Below are positions 32,482 to 42,338 of a stretch of DNA of 64,000 bases, piece by piece (the stretch's first letter is position 1; the number at the start of each line of letters is the position of its first letter). Below the pieces are notes generated by a model that did no database searches, was not told the DNA's origin, and worked only from the letters and a program-made list of their open reading frames with translations. The stretch lies in assembly GCA_963769435.1 (NCBI GenBank), contig CAVYLN010000001.1, forward strand, positions 959,768-1,023,767, read 5' to 3'. Made by a program: the position numbers and the translations under genes. This stretch comes from an uncultured Actinomycetota bacterium. Lineage in GTDB: Bacteria > Actinomycetota > Actinomycetes > S36-B12 > UBA10799.

Positions 32482-33327
32482 GTGAGCCTCGGTGACGACG
32501 GACCTGCGCAGTGGGAAGCCGCTGAGAACCTCGATGCGCCCCCGGTGGTGCTGGATCCGGGTGCCGCTGCGTTCTTCGACATCGACAACACGCTGATCCA
32601 CGGGGCGTCGATGTTCCATTGGGCGCGCGGGCTGGCAGCCCACAAGTACCTGACCCGCAGTCAGATCCTCGACTTCGTCTGGAAGCAGACCCGGTTCATC
32701 GTGGTCGGCAAAGAAGACCCCGAGGACATGCACGATGTCACCGAGGAGGCCCTCGGGCTGGTCAAGGGCCGCAACCAGGACGAACTGGTGCAGTTGACGC
32801 GGGAGATCTTCGACGAGTACATGATCGATCGCTTCTGGCCGGGGACGGTCGCTCTTGCGCAGGGGCACATCGATGCCGGTCAGCGCGTGTGGCTGGTTTC
32901 CGCTGCCCCGATCGAACTGGCTGAACTGATCGCCGAACACCTCGGGCTTTCAGGCGCGCTGGGCACCGTGTCCGAGCAGATCCACGGGGTCTACACCGGC
33001 AGGCTGAGCGGCAAGCCACTGCACGGCGAGGCGAAGGCCCATGCGATCGAGGAACTCGCGCAGCGCGAACAACTCGACCTCAGCCGATGTTCGGCCTACT
33101 CGGACTCCGCCAACGACATCCCGATGTTGTCCCTGGTCGGCACCCCGGTGGCCGTGAACCCGGACCGCGCGCTGCGGCTCCACGCACGACGCAACGGCTG
33201 GACCATCCGCGACTACCGGACAGCTCGCCGAGTGGTCAAGATCACGGCTCCGGCGGTGGGCGTGGCCGGCCTGCTGACCGGGATCGCGGTCGGGACGGTC
33301 ATGGCCCGTCGCGCGATTCGCGGCTGA
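32482..33327 (+). CDS. HAD-IB family hydrolase (SerB-like)
   Basis: FFDIDNTL, YSDSANDIPML, VNPD. Confidence 0.9.
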   Translation: MSLGDDGPAQWEAAENLDAPPVVLDPGAAAFFDIDNTLIHGASMFHWARGLAAHKYLTRSQILDFVWKQTRFIVVGKEDPEDMHDVTEEALGLVKGRNQDELVQLTREIFDEYMIDRFWPGTVALAQGHIDAGQRVWLVSAAPIELAELIAEHLGLSGALGTVSEQIHGVYTGRLSGKPLHGEAKAHAIEELAQREQLDLSRCSAYSDSANDIPMLSLVGTPVAVNPDRALRLHARRNGWTIRDYRTARRVVKITAPAVGVAGLLTGIAVGTVMARRAIRG

Positions 33328-33540
33328 GCCGGAACCCGCGCCGCGCCCGGCCGGTCCCCTTGCGCCCGGCCCCTTTTGTGCCGAACCCGCGCCGCGCCCG
33401 GCCGGTCCCGCGCCCCGGCACCTTTTGTGAAGAAGTTGCCCGCAAACGCCGGCGTGTCGCGCAAACTTCTTCACAAAACCCCGGGGGACGCCGCGCTTCA
33501 CAAAACCCCGGGGGACGCCGCGCTTCACAAAACCCCCGCG
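33328..33540. repeat. Composite intergenic repeat: two ~50-bp tandem units, a 15-bp perfect inverted repeat, and 2.5 copies of a 27-bp unit
   Basis: GAACCCGCGCCGCGCCCGGCCGGTCCC at 33332 and 33383; TTTTGTGAAGAAGTT 33423-33437 / AACTTCTTCACAAAA 33464-33478; CTTCACAAAACCCCGGGGGACGCCGCG at 33469, 33496 and partial at 33523. Confidence 0.9.
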
Positions 33541-33579
33541 GGAGGTGGGGCCGCACTGAACCCCGGTGAACCGCCGCGC

Positions 33580-34596
33580 CTAGAAGAACACTGAGCGCCG
33601 GGCCACCAGCAGTCGGTACAGCGTCTGCTGAATGGTCTCGCGCACCTGGTCGGTGAGGTCGAACACCAACATCGGGTCGTCGGCGGCGCCTTCGGGGAAC
33701 TCATCGGTGCGGATCGGCTCGCCGAACTCGATGATCCACTTGCTCGGCAGCGGCACCATCCCCAGCGGGCCCAGCCAGGGGAACGTGGGCGTGATCGGGA
33801 AGTAGGGCGCCCCGAGCAGCCGGGCCATCAGTTTGGCGTTGCCGATGATCGGGTAGATCTCCTCGGCCCCAACGATCGAGCACGGGATGATCGGGGTCTT
33901 GGTTCGCAGGGCCGCCGCCACAAAACCACCGCGGCCGAAACGCTGCAGCTTGTAGCGCTCACTGAACGGTTTTCCGACACCCTTGAACCCCTCGGGCCAC
34001 ACGCCGACGAGTTCCCCCGAAGACAGCAGTCGCTCGGCGTCCGGCGCGCAGGCCAGGGTGTGTCCGCCTTTGCGTGCCAGCTCCGACACCACGGGCAGCT
34101 GGAAGACGAAGTCCGCGCCCAGCATCCGCAGGTGCCGGTGCTCGGGATGGTTGTCCCAGATGGCCAGCTGCGTCATCATCGAGTCGACGGCGACGGTCCC
34201 GGAGTGGTTCGCCACGAGCAGCGCTCCCCCGGTGTCCGGGATGTTCTCCAGGCCCCTGGTCTCGATCCGGAACCACCTCTTGTACAGCGGCCGGAACGGC
34301 GCCAGCAGAATCCGGTCGGTCAGTTCCGGGTCGAAACCGAAGTCGTCGACCTCGTAGTCACCGGTGATCCGGCGCCGCAGGAAGGCCAGCACACCGGCCA
34401 CGCGGGTATCCCAGTCGACGTGTTCCTCGGTGCCCGGCAGCGCCTGGGACTGCTCGATGGGCTCCTCGGCCGGGGCGGTGCTCGACCGGCTGGCACGGGC
34501 GCCGGCGGCGGGCGTCGACTTCTTGGCCGCGGGCCGCTTCTTCTTGGGACCCTTCGGATCCTTGCCCTTGATGGGTATCACTCGCGCGTCAGGCAC
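33580..34596 (-). CDS. Lysophospholipid/1-acyl-glycerol-3-phosphate acyltransferase family protein
   Basis: VANHSGTVAVD, VWPEGFKG, FGRGGFV. Confidence 0.9.
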   Translation of the reverse strand: MPDARVIPIKGKDPKGPKKKRPAAKKSTPAAGARASRSSTAPAEEPIEQSQALPGTEEHVDWDTRVAGVLAFLRRRITGDYEVDDFGFDPELTDRILLAPFRPLYKRWFRIETRGLENIPDTGGALLVANHSGTVAVDSMMTQLAIWDNHPEHRHLRMLGADFVFQLPVVSELARKGGHTLACAPDAERLLSSGELVGVWPEGFKGVGKPFSERYKLQRFGRGGFVAAALRTKTPIIPCSIVGAEEIYPIIGNAKLMARLLGAPYFPITPTFPWLGPLGMVPLPSKWIIEFGEPIRTDEFPEGAADDPMLVFDLTDQVRETIQQTLYRLLVARRSVFF

Positions 34597-35623
34597 CGGT
34601 TGAGTCCTTTCCGGTCAGCAGCGACAGCAGTTGGTCCTCGATGTTCTCCACGCGCTCCGGCGGCAGCAGCCGGTTCAGGTTGTGGGCCTCCACGTAGGCG
34701 TCGAAAGTCTCGGACGTGGTGTGCTGCGGGATGAAACCGAACTCGGTGCGCATGCGGGAGGTGTCGATGCCCCGCCCGTAGGTCAGGAACCGCACCTGCT
34801 CCGGGGAGAAGTCGGCAAGGCCCAGCCTGCGGAAGAACGCCCCGACGGTGAACGCGAACGGGCTCGCGATGGGCACCACCGGCCGGCCGGCACGCCTCGC
34901 GGCCTGCGAGACGAGGATGACCCCGTCGCCGGCGACGTTGAAAGTGCCCGGGTGATCCTCGACCGTCGCCCGCCGCAGGGCGTCGAGGCCGTCGTCCTCG
35001 TGGATGAACTGCAGGCGGGCGTCGAATCCGAGCACGACCGGGATCACCGGCAGCGAGAAGTACGTGGCCATGGGTGTCTGCACGCGCGGGCCGAGGTAGT
35101 TGGCGAACCGCAGCGTGGTGACGGCGACATCCGGACGCCGCCGGGCGAAACCGCGGACGTACGCCTCGACTTCGACGCTGTCCTTGGCCCACCCGGAGGT
35201 CGGCGCGTGCTTCGGCTCCATCTCCTCGGTGAACATCGCCGGGTCCTTGGGACCCGCGCCGTAGACCGACGAGGTCGACTTGACGACGAGTTTTCGCACC
35301 GTCGGCGACTTCTGGCAGGCGGCCAGCAACTGCATGGTGCCGATGACGTTGATCTCCTTCATCGACATCCGGCCGCCGGCCTGCATGGGGGTCGCGATGA
35401 CCCCCATGTGCACCACCGTGTCCACCTGGGCCGCATCGATGACCTTGGCGATGATCGGATTGCGGATGTCGGCGCGCACGAACTCGGCGCCACCGATCTC
35501 CTGCCGGGGTGCGACGACGTCCACGCCGATCACGCGATCGACGGCAGGATCCTGGGTGAGGATCTGCGCCATCCGCCCCCCGAGATACCGGGAGACGCCG
35601 GTGACCAGGACCACGTGTCCCAT
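34589..35623 (-). CDS. NAD-dependent epimerase/dehydratase
   Basis: VLVTGVSRYLG, INVIGTMQLL, SSVYG, LQFIHEDD. Confidence 0.9.
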   Translation of the reverse strand: MGHVVLVTGVSRYLGGRMAQILTQDPAVDRVIGVDVVAPRQEIGGAEFVRADIRNPIIAKVIDAAQVDTVVHMGVIATPMQAGGRMSMKEINVIGTMQLLAACQKSPTVRKLVVKSTSSVYGAGPKDPAMFTEEMEPKHAPTSGWAKDSVEVEAYVRGFARRRPDVAVTTLRFANYLGPRVQTPMATYFSLPVIPVVLGFDARLQFIHEDDGLDALRRATVEDHPGTFNVAGDGVILVSQAARRAGRPVVPIASPFAFTVGAFFRRLGLADFSPEQVRFLTYGRGIDTSRMRTEFGFIPQHTTSETFDAYVEAHNLNRLLPPERVENIEDQLLSLLTGKDSTGA

Positions 35624-35629
35624 GGGCGA

Positions 35630-35728
35630 CTACTTCTTGTTACGCCGCTGGACGCGAGTCTTGCGCAGCAACTTGCGGTGCTTCTTCTTCGCCATCCGCT
35701 TGCGGCGCTTCTTGACCACCGAACCCAT
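35630..35728 (-). CDS. 30S ribosomal protein bS22 (AURKAIP1/COX24-like)
   Basis: [32 protein letters not shown]; GGAGGA SD. Confidence 0.95.
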   Translation of the reverse strand: MGSVVKKRRKRMAKKKHRKLLRKTRVQRRNKK

Positions 35729-35771
35729 TAAGTCCTCCAACCGACATCGACTACTGCCCAGGGTAGTTCGT

Positions 35772-36947
35772 CTAGAACATCGGATCGGGGTCTGGGTCGA
35801 TACCGAGATGTGGGAAGGCGGCGCGCCGTGCGGCCAGGACGGCCGCATCCACCGGATCGTCCGGGTTGTAGCCGGTCTCCCAGCTGCGGACCCAGGGATC
35901 GCGGTCGTTGCCCATCGTCAACGGCGGATCCTGCTGCAGGACGTTGCCGACAAGGTCGCGGAAAGCCTCCGGCGTGGGCTCAGCGGGGTCGATCGGCCGG
36001 TCGAGTGCCTCGGCCAGCAGATGGGTCCAGGCCAGGGGGACCACCTCCACCCACTCGTAGCCGCCTCCCCCCATCGCGATCCACCGGCCACCGGCATATG
36101 TGTGCGCCAAACGGTGCAGGGACCTGTAGGACATCCGCTGCCCCTCGATGCTCAAAGCCATGTGGGCCAGAGGGTCCTGGAAGTGGCTGTCGCACCCCTG
36201 CTGGGTGACCAGGAACTGCGGGTCGAACGCCCTGAGCGCTGCGGGCACGATCGCGTCGAAGGCTCGCAGCCACGCATTGTCGGCGGTTCCGGGTGGCAGC
36301 GCGACGTTGACCGCGGTCCCCTCGGCGCCCTCACCACCGATCTCGGTGGGCCACCCGGTCCCCGGGAACAGTGTCCGCGGGCTCTCGTGCAGCGAGATCG
36401 TCAACACGCGGGGGTCATCCCAGAAGTGCTGCTGCACACCATCACCGTGATGCACGTCGACGTCGACGTACGCGACCCTTTCCACGCCTTGGTCCAGCAA
36501 CCACTGGATCGACGTCGCCAGGTCGTTGTAGACGCAGAAGCCCGAGGCCCGATCGGGCATCGCGTGGTGCAGCCCGCCGGCGAAGTTGACCCCGTGGTCG
36601 GCGCGTCCGTGGTACACCGCCTGGGTCACCGCCAGGGAAGCCCCGCAGATCCTCTCCGAGTGTTCGTGCATCTGTGGGAACGTGGGGACGTCGTCGGTCC
36701 CGAGCCCGTGACTGCCCGCCAGCTCCCGCCGGACCGCGTCGATGTAGTCGGGGTCGTGCACCTGCGCGAGCAGGCCGTCTGGCAGGTCGACCGGCTCCAC
36801 CACCGACAGGTTCGCATCCCCGAGCAGCCCGAAGTCGCGCGACAGGCGGTAGGCCAGTTGCACGCGCACCGGCGCCAACGGGTGTCCTGGACCGAAGTCG
36901 TAGAGGCGAAGGTCGTCGTGCCACGCGAAGGCCACGCGATGACTCAT
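35772..36947 (-). CDS. acuC: Acetoin utilization protein / histone-deacetylase family protein
   Basis: [40 protein letters not shown]. Confidence 0.92.
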   Translation of the reverse strand: MSHRVAFAWHDDLRLYDFGPGHPLAPVRVQLAYRLSRDFGLLGDANLSVVEPVDLPDGLLAQVHDPDYIDAVRRELAGSHGLGTDDVPTFPQMHEHSERICGASLAVTQAVYHGRADHGVNFAGGLHHAMPDRASGFCVYNDLATSIQWLLDQGVERVAYVDVDVHHGDGVQQHFWDDPRVLTISLHESPRTLFPGTGWPTEIGGEGAEGTAVNVALPPGTADNAWLRAFDAIVPAALRAFDPQFLVTQQGCDSHFQDPLAHMALSIEGQRMSYRSLHRLAHTYAGGRWIAMGGGGYEWVEVVPLAWTHLLAEALDRPIDPAEPTPEAFRDLVGNVLQQDPPLTMGNDRDPWVRSWETGYNPDDPVDAAVLAARRAAFPHLGIDPDPDPMF

Positions 36948-37082
36948 ACTTTCCACGCTATCCGCAAATGCCGCGGGTCTGTAGTTCTTCACGACAGGCA
37001 AGTACCTGATCCGGCGGACCGAGCGAGCAGCTCTGGCGTTGCGGGTCCGGCCCCGCAGGGTGGGGTTGTTACGTTGTTCCCC

Positions 37083-37883
37083 ATGGGCGTGGTTGCGGTC
37101 GTCGGGGCCGGCGTGATGGGCGAGGCACTTCTGTCGGGGCTGCTGCGGGGTGACCGCATGGGTGACACGTTCGTCGTGGCCGACAAGCGTCACGACCGCG
37201 TGATCGAGTTACACGAGCGCTACGGCGTCGACATCTCATCGAACACCGAGGCAGCACGTGAGGCCGACGTCGTGGTCCTGGTCGTGAAGCCGCAGGACAT
37301 ATTCGGGGTCGTGGACGAGATCGCCGGGGAGCTCAAGCCGAGCGCGCTGGTGGTGTCACTGGCCGCCGGTGTCACCACTGGGTCGCTGGAGCAGCGCCTC
37401 CCGGAGGGCACGCCGGTGGTGCGGGTCATGCCGAACACACCCGCGCTGGTCGACCAGGGGATGTCGGCGGTGTCCCCCGGTGCCCACTGCCAACCGGAGC
37501 ACGTCGCGATGGCCGTGCGGCTGATGGGATGCGTCGGCAAGGTCGTCGAGGTTCCCGAGAAACAGCAGGACGCCGTCACCGCGATCTCGGGCTCCGGGCC
37601 CGCCTACATCTTCTACACCGTCGAGGCCATGATCGAGGCGGGCGTGGGCCTGGGCCTTCCCCGCAGACTCGCCACCGAACTCACGCTGCAGACCGTGTAC
37701 GGCGCAGCCACCATGCTGCGCGAGACCGGCGAGCACCCGGTGGTGCTGCGGGAGAACGTGACCTCGCCGGCGGGTACGACGGCGGCAGCGCTGCGGATCC
37801 TCGAGGATCACAAGGTGCGAGCCGCGTTCCTGGCGGCGCTCGAGGCCGCCCGCAACCGCTCGGTGGAACTGGCCGGGGGCTGA
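37083..37883 (+). CDS. proC: Pyrroline-5-carboxylate reductase
   Basis: GAGVMG, VKPQD, RVMPNTP, SGSGPAY, VTSPAGTT. Confidence 0.95.
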   Translation: MGVVAVVGAGVMGEALLSGLLRGDRMGDTFVVADKRHDRVIELHERYGVDISSNTEAAREADVVVLVVKPQDIFGVVDEIAGELKPSALVVSLAAGVTTGSLEQRLPEGTPVVRVMPNTPALVDQGMSAVSPGAHCQPEHVAMAVRLMGCVGKVVEVPEKQQDAVTAISGSGPAYIFYTVEAMIEAGVGLGLPRRLATELTLQTVYGAATMLRETGEHPVVLRENVTSPAGTTAAALRILEDHKVRAAFLAALEAARNRSVELAGG

Positions 37884-37913
37884 AGTAGTCCCTGAGGTGC
37901 GAGCAGGTCCGGA

Positions 37914-38843
37914 CTAGGACTTCGAGGTCATCGACTTCACGAACAGCGCCATGTTCGCCGGCTTCTCCGCCATGCGCCGGACCATGTAGCCGTACCACTC
38001 CTCGCCGTAGGGGATGTACACGCGCATCCGCTCGCCGGCCTTGGTGAGGCGACGCTGCTCGTCGGGCCGCACTCCGTAGAGCATCTGATACTCGTAGGTC
38101 CCCTTGGCACGATCTGCACGGGTCGCCAGCGCCCCGGCGATCTCCACCAGTCGGGGGTCGTGGGAGGCGATCATCGGATAGGCCGGGGAGTCGAACAGGA
38201 TACGCATGCAGCGCACGTAGGCCTTGTCCACGTCCTCCTTGGCCTGGAACGCCACCGACTCGGGCTCCTTGTACGCGCCCTTGCACAACCGGATCCGGGA
38301 TCCCTCGTGAGCCAGGTCGCGGCAGTCCTGCTCAGTGCGGTACAGATACGCCTGCAACACCGCTCCGGTTGCTGGGAAGTCGCTGCGCAACTCCCTCAGG
38401 ATCCCCAGGGTGGAGTCGGTGGTCGTGTGGTCCTCCATGTCCAGGGTGACGGTCGTGCCGATCGCGGTCGCCGCCTCGCAGATCGCGAGCGCGTTGTCCA
38501 ATGCGATCTTCTCGCCGTCGTCGGGCAGAGCCTGGCCGACAGCGGACAACTTCACCGAAACCTCCGCGGCCGCCGCGAGACCGGCCTCGTCGAGGCCCCG
38601 CAGCAACCTCAGGTAGGCCTCACGGGTGTGGTCGGCCTGACCGCGGTCGAGGGTGTCCTCGCCCAAGTGGTCGATGGTGCTGAGCAGACCTTCGGTCGCC
38701 AGGTCACCGGCGGCGCGCACAGCGTCGTCCTCCGTCTCCCCCGCGACGAACCTCGACACCACGGACCTGCTGATGGGGGCATTGGCCGAGATCTCCTGGA
38801 TCTTCTTCTGCCGGGAAAGACTCAACAGCGCTTGCCGGATCAC
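37914..38843 (-). CDS. Monofunctional proline dehydrogenase
   Basis: RFVAGE, SVKLS, DMED, RLCKGAY, ASHD, YQMLYG, RVYIPYG. Confidence 0.93.
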   Translation of the reverse strand: MIRQALLSLSRQKKIQEISANAPISRSVVSRFVAGETEDDAVRAAGDLATEGLLSTIDHLGEDTLDRGQADHTREAYLRLLRGLDEAGLAAAAEVSVKLSAVGQALPDDGEKIALDNALAICEAATAIGTTVTLDMEDHTTTDSTLGILRELRSDFPATGAVLQAYLYRTEQDCRDLAHEGSRIRLCKGAYKEPESVAFQAKEDVDKAYVRCMRILFDSPAYPMIASHDPRLVEIAGALATRADRAKGTYEYQMLYGVRPDEQRRLTKAGERMRVYIPYGEEWYGYMVRRMAEKPANMALFVKSMTSKS

Positions 38844-38876
38844 GGGCGACCTCCCTGGACGATGCTCCCGCTCAGG

Positions 38877-39521
38877 CTATCCGCCGTTCGTCGGCTTTGG
38901 CTCGGTGGTGCCGTGCTTGGTGGAGGGCTTCGACGCGGGGGGCTTCTGGCTCTTCAGCGGCTTGGTCGGGTCCAGCCAGTTCTGGATCGTGGGGGCCACG
39001 AGTCGCACGAGGTCGTCCTCGGGCATCGACGCGATCGGCTCCAACCGGACGATGTAGCGGGTGGTGGCGATCCCCATGAGGTAGGCCACGATCAGGTTGA
39101 CCCGCAGCCGGGCGTCGGGGACCCCCAGGGTCCGGACCAACCGGTCCACGATCGAACGCTCCATGAAGTCCTGCATGCTCTTGGCCGCTTTGGTGGCCGA
39201 GGCGCCCGCCTGGAAGAGCGCGATGAAGTCGTTTCGGGTCTCCTCATCACCCAGCAGATCCAGCGTGGCCCGGGTCAGCCGCTCGCCCATCCCGTCCAGG
39301 CCCGGGGCGACCAGTTCCGGCACGGCACTCGCGGGGTCGAAGGGCAGTCTCATGGCTGCGGCGAACAAGGACTCCTTGGAGTTCCAGTACCTGTTGACGA
39401 CCTCCGGCGCGACCCCCGCGGCCGCCGCTACGCCCTTCATTGAGGTCCGCATGTAGCCGCGCGCGTGGAAGGCTGCCCGTGCGGTGTCGAGCACCGCATC
39501 ACGAACGTCGTCAGTTCCCAT
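38877..39521 (-). CDS. TetR-family transcriptional regulator
   Basis: N-terminal HTH (F.ARGY..TS...VAAAAGV....V..YW.SKESLF); C-terminal RYIVRLEP. Confidence 0.85.
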   Translation of the reverse strand: MGTDDVRDAVLDTARAAFHARGYMRTSMKGVAAAAGVAPEVVNRYWNSKESLFAAAMRLPFDPASAVPELVAPGLDGMGERLTRATLDLLGDEETRNDFIALFQAGASATKAAKSMQDFMERSIVDRLVRTLGVPDARLRVNLIVAYLMGIATTRYIVRLEPIASMPEDDLVRLVAPTIQNWLDPTKPLKSQKPPASKPSTKHGTTEPKPTNGG

Positions 39522-39602
39522 GGGCTCAGCCTATGCGCCGACCGCGATCCCGCCCGCGAACCTCGACCCTCGGACGGCTTCGGCGATTCGGCAATGGTGT
39601 GA

Positions 39603-40416
39603 TCAGGGCACTTCGAGGTGCAGGCGCGCGAATGCCAGAGCCTCGACCAGGTCCCGCTCCCTTTCGGTGCGGTTGGCGGCCTTGCGAGTGGACACCTCGA
39701 CGACGACGACACCGTCGAAACCGGCGCCGGCGATGTTCTCGAGCACGTCGCCGCAGGGCTGGTTGCCGCGGCCGGGGATGAGGTGCTCGTCACGGTTGCT
39801 GCCACTGCCGTCTGCCAGGTGGATGTGGGTCAGGGAGCCGCCGAGGTCAGCGACCATCCGCTGCGGGTCGACCCCGCTGACCGCGGTGTGCGACAGGTCG
39901 AGGGTGGTGTTCGGGTAGTCCTCGTCACGGATGTCCCACCCGGGTGCGTACGCGGCCAGTTCCCTGCCCCCGGCACGCCAGGGGTACATGTTCTCCACCG
40001 CGAACCGGATGTCGGTCTCATCCTGCATCCGGCGAAGACCACGCAGGAAGTCGCGCGCGTACTCCCGCTGCCAGCGGAAAGGCGGATGCACCACCACCGT
40101 GCTGGCCCCCAGCGTCTCGGCCGCGGCTCGCGCGCGCACAAGCTTGGCCCATGGGTCGGTCCCCCACACCCTCTGCGTGATGAGTAGGCAGGGGGCGTGG
40201 ATCGCCAGGATCGGTATGGCGTAGTGGTCCGACAGTCGTTGCAGCGCCTGCGGGTCCTGCGAGACGGCATCGTTCATCACCATGACCTCGACACCGTCGT
40301 ATCCCGAGCCTCGACGCCATCTCGAAAGCGGCGGCCGTCGACTCCGGGTACACGGAGGCACTCGACAGCGCCACGCGCACCTTCGGCCTGGGGGTGCCCG
40401 GCTGGGATTCGGTCAC
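39603..40416 (-). CDS. Sugar-phosphate isomerase/epimerase (TIM barrel), frameshift near 40305
   Basis: [44 protein letters not shown]. Confidence 0.85.
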
Positions 40417-40553
40417 TGACCCAGTGTTGCAACCGGTCGGCCCCGGCTGTGACGCAAGGGTCCGGCGGGTCGCCTGAACCCCCTCCCGCGCGTGTGCGTC
40501 ATGGGGCCGGTCGGGCACACCGGCGGGTCGCGCTGACGTCCCCGGGCCGGATC

Positions 40554-41483
40554 TCAGTCGGAGATGACGTCCAGACGTTCGAGGATGACCCCCTCGCGCA
40601 GGGCCCAGGGGCAGATCGCGAACTCGTGGATCCCGAAGATGTCCATGACCGCCTCGGCGACCACCGCCCCGGCCACCAGTTGCCTGGCCCGGCCGACGGA
40701 GACACCCGGTAGTTCCGTGCGTTTGCTGGCGGGCATCTCGGCCAGTTTCGGCATCCACACGGCGAGGTCGTCGCGGGTGAGGGACCTCCTGACGTACAGG
40801 CCCTCGGAACTGGCCGGTGCACCTGCGATCCTGGAGAGTTGCCGAAGTGTCTTGCTGGTGGCGACGGACAGCTCGGGCTGGCCGAACCTCGTCAGCCGGC
40901 TGACCACATCGGCCACCTGCGCCCTCGCGTGTTTGCGCAGCGCCTTGAGTTGCTTGCTGGTCGGAGGGTCGTCGGGCAACCAGTCCCGGGTCAGTCGGCC
41001 AGCACCCAGCGGCAACGACAACGCCTCGTCGGGGCTCTCGTCAGCACCACTGGCCAGCTCCAGCGACCCACCCCCGATGTCCACGACCAGCAAGCGGCCG
41101 CTGGACCAGCCGAACCAGCGGCGGACCGCGAGGAAGGTGACCCGGGATTCGCGTTCCCCGCTCATCAGGTCCACCTCGACGCCGGTGCGCCGCTGCACCT
41201 CCTGCAGAACAGACCTTCCGTTGGGCGCGTCCCGGATGGCGCTCGTGGCGAAGGCCATGATCTCGGTGACGCCGGAGTCCTCCGCGATCTGCAGGGAATC
41301 CTCGATGAACTCGATCAGGGCCCGGGCCGCCGAGTCGTCGATGCTGCCGTCGTCGAGCAGGTGTTCGGCGAGCCGAAGTTCCAGTTTGTGCGAGACGGCC
41401 GGGACCGGTGCCGCGCCCTGGTGCGCGTCCACCAGCAGCAGGTGTGCGGTGTTGGAACCGATATCCAGGACGCCGAGTCGCAT
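40554..41483 (-). CDS. ppx: Ppx/GppA exopolyphosphatase family protein
   Basis: MRLGVLDIGSNT, ATSAIRDA, DIGGGSLE, ALREG. Confidence 0.92.
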   Translation of the reverse strand: MRLGVLDIGSNTAHLLLVDAHQGAAPVPAVSHKLELRLAEHLLDDGSIDDSAARALIEFIEDSLQIAEDSGVTEIMAFATSAIRDAPNGRSVLQEVQRRTGVEVDLMSGERESRVTFLAVRRWFGWSSGRLLVVDIGGGSLELASGADESPDEALSLPLGAGRLTRDWLPDDPPTSKQLKALRKHARAQVADVVSRLTRFGQPELSVATSKTLRQLSRIAGAPASSEGLYVRRSLTRDDLAVWMPKLAEMPASKRTELPGVSVGRARQLVAGAVVAEAVMDIFGIHEFAICPWALREGVILERLDVISD

Positions 41484-41514
41484 GGCTTCAGGGTAGGGCT
41501 CGTAGGCTGGGCCG

Positions 41515-42270
41515 GTGCCAGAGGTTGCCTTAGATTTCCCCAGAGAATGGTTGGAGTTCACCGACCCCGACGACGCCGAGCGGATGTTCCGGTGCGACCT
41601 CACCTGGCTGACCAGCCGGTGGACGTGCATCTTCGGCCGTGGCTGCGGTGGCATCTCCGCCCACATGCCCGACGGTGGGTGCTGCACGCTGGGCGCACAC
41701 TTCAGCGACAAGGACGACCGCAAGCGGGTGTCCAAGTGGGCGGCCCGGCTGTCGCCGGAGGACTGGCAGTACCACGAGGTCGGTGCCGAGAAGGGCATCG
41801 TCATGAAGGACCCCGAGGGCAGCAAGCAGACCCGGGTGGTGGACGGGGCCTGCTTGTTCCTCAACCGCCCCGACTTCGACGGCCCCACCGGCTGCGCGCT
41901 GCACGCTCTGGCGATCCGGGAGGGCGTCTCGCCGGTCCAGACGAAGCCGGACGTCTGCTGGCAACTGCCGATCCGGCGCACCTTCGACAACGTCGAGCGC
42001 CCCGACGGCACCCACGTGCTCGTGGTGGGAATCGGAGAGTACGACCGCCGCGGCTGGGGTCCCGGTGGGCACGACCTGAACTGGTACTGCTCGTCGAACA
42101 CCGAGGCCCATGTTGCCGCCGAGCCGGTCTACGTCACAGAGCGGGACGCCCTGCTGGAACTCATGGGCGAGAAGGCCTACGCGGTACTGGCCGAGGCCTG
42201 CGAGCGCAGGGAGCGTGGTCGGCTGCGCGGCGACGAGACCGCCCGGCATCCGGCCGACCCCCGGGACTGA
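41515..42270 (+). CDS. Conserved Cys-rich actinobacterial protein of unknown function
   Basis: [38 protein letters not shown]. Confidence 0.8.
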   Translation: MPEVALDFPREWLEFTDPDDAERMFRCDLTWLTSRWTCIFGRGCGGISAHMPDGGCCTLGAHFSDKDDRKRVSKWAARLSPEDWQYHEVGAEKGIVMKDPEGSKQTRVVDGACLFLNRPDFDGPTGCALHALAIREGVSPVQTKPDVCWQLPIRRTFDNVERPDGTHVLVVGIGEYDRRGWGPGGHDLNWYCSSNTEAHVAAEPVYVTERDALLELMGEKAYAVLAEACERRERGRLRGDETARHPADPRD

Positions 42271-42309
42271 CGCGGCGCTGTCCCCAACCCTGGCGCGGCG
42301 GTCCCGCGC

Positions 42310-42331
42310 TGTCGTACCCCGCCCATAGGCT
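42310..42331 (+). promoter_or_regulatory. PafBC/RecA-NDp-like promoter of radA (leaderless)
   Basis: TGTCGT-ACCCCGCCCA-TAGGCT, GTG start 7 nt downstream. Confidence 0.65.
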
Positions 42332-42338
42332 GACGAAC

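Noticed and set aside
33328-33540. Mini CRISPR array or LHKTPGDAA-repeat peptide gene
   Set aside because: Units are contiguous with no unique spacers and there are no cas genes; the short ORFs are by-products of the 27-bp period
36948-37082. Structured RNA between acuC and proC
   Set aside because: Only short 4-6 bp stems expected by chance at this GC content; proC appears leaderless
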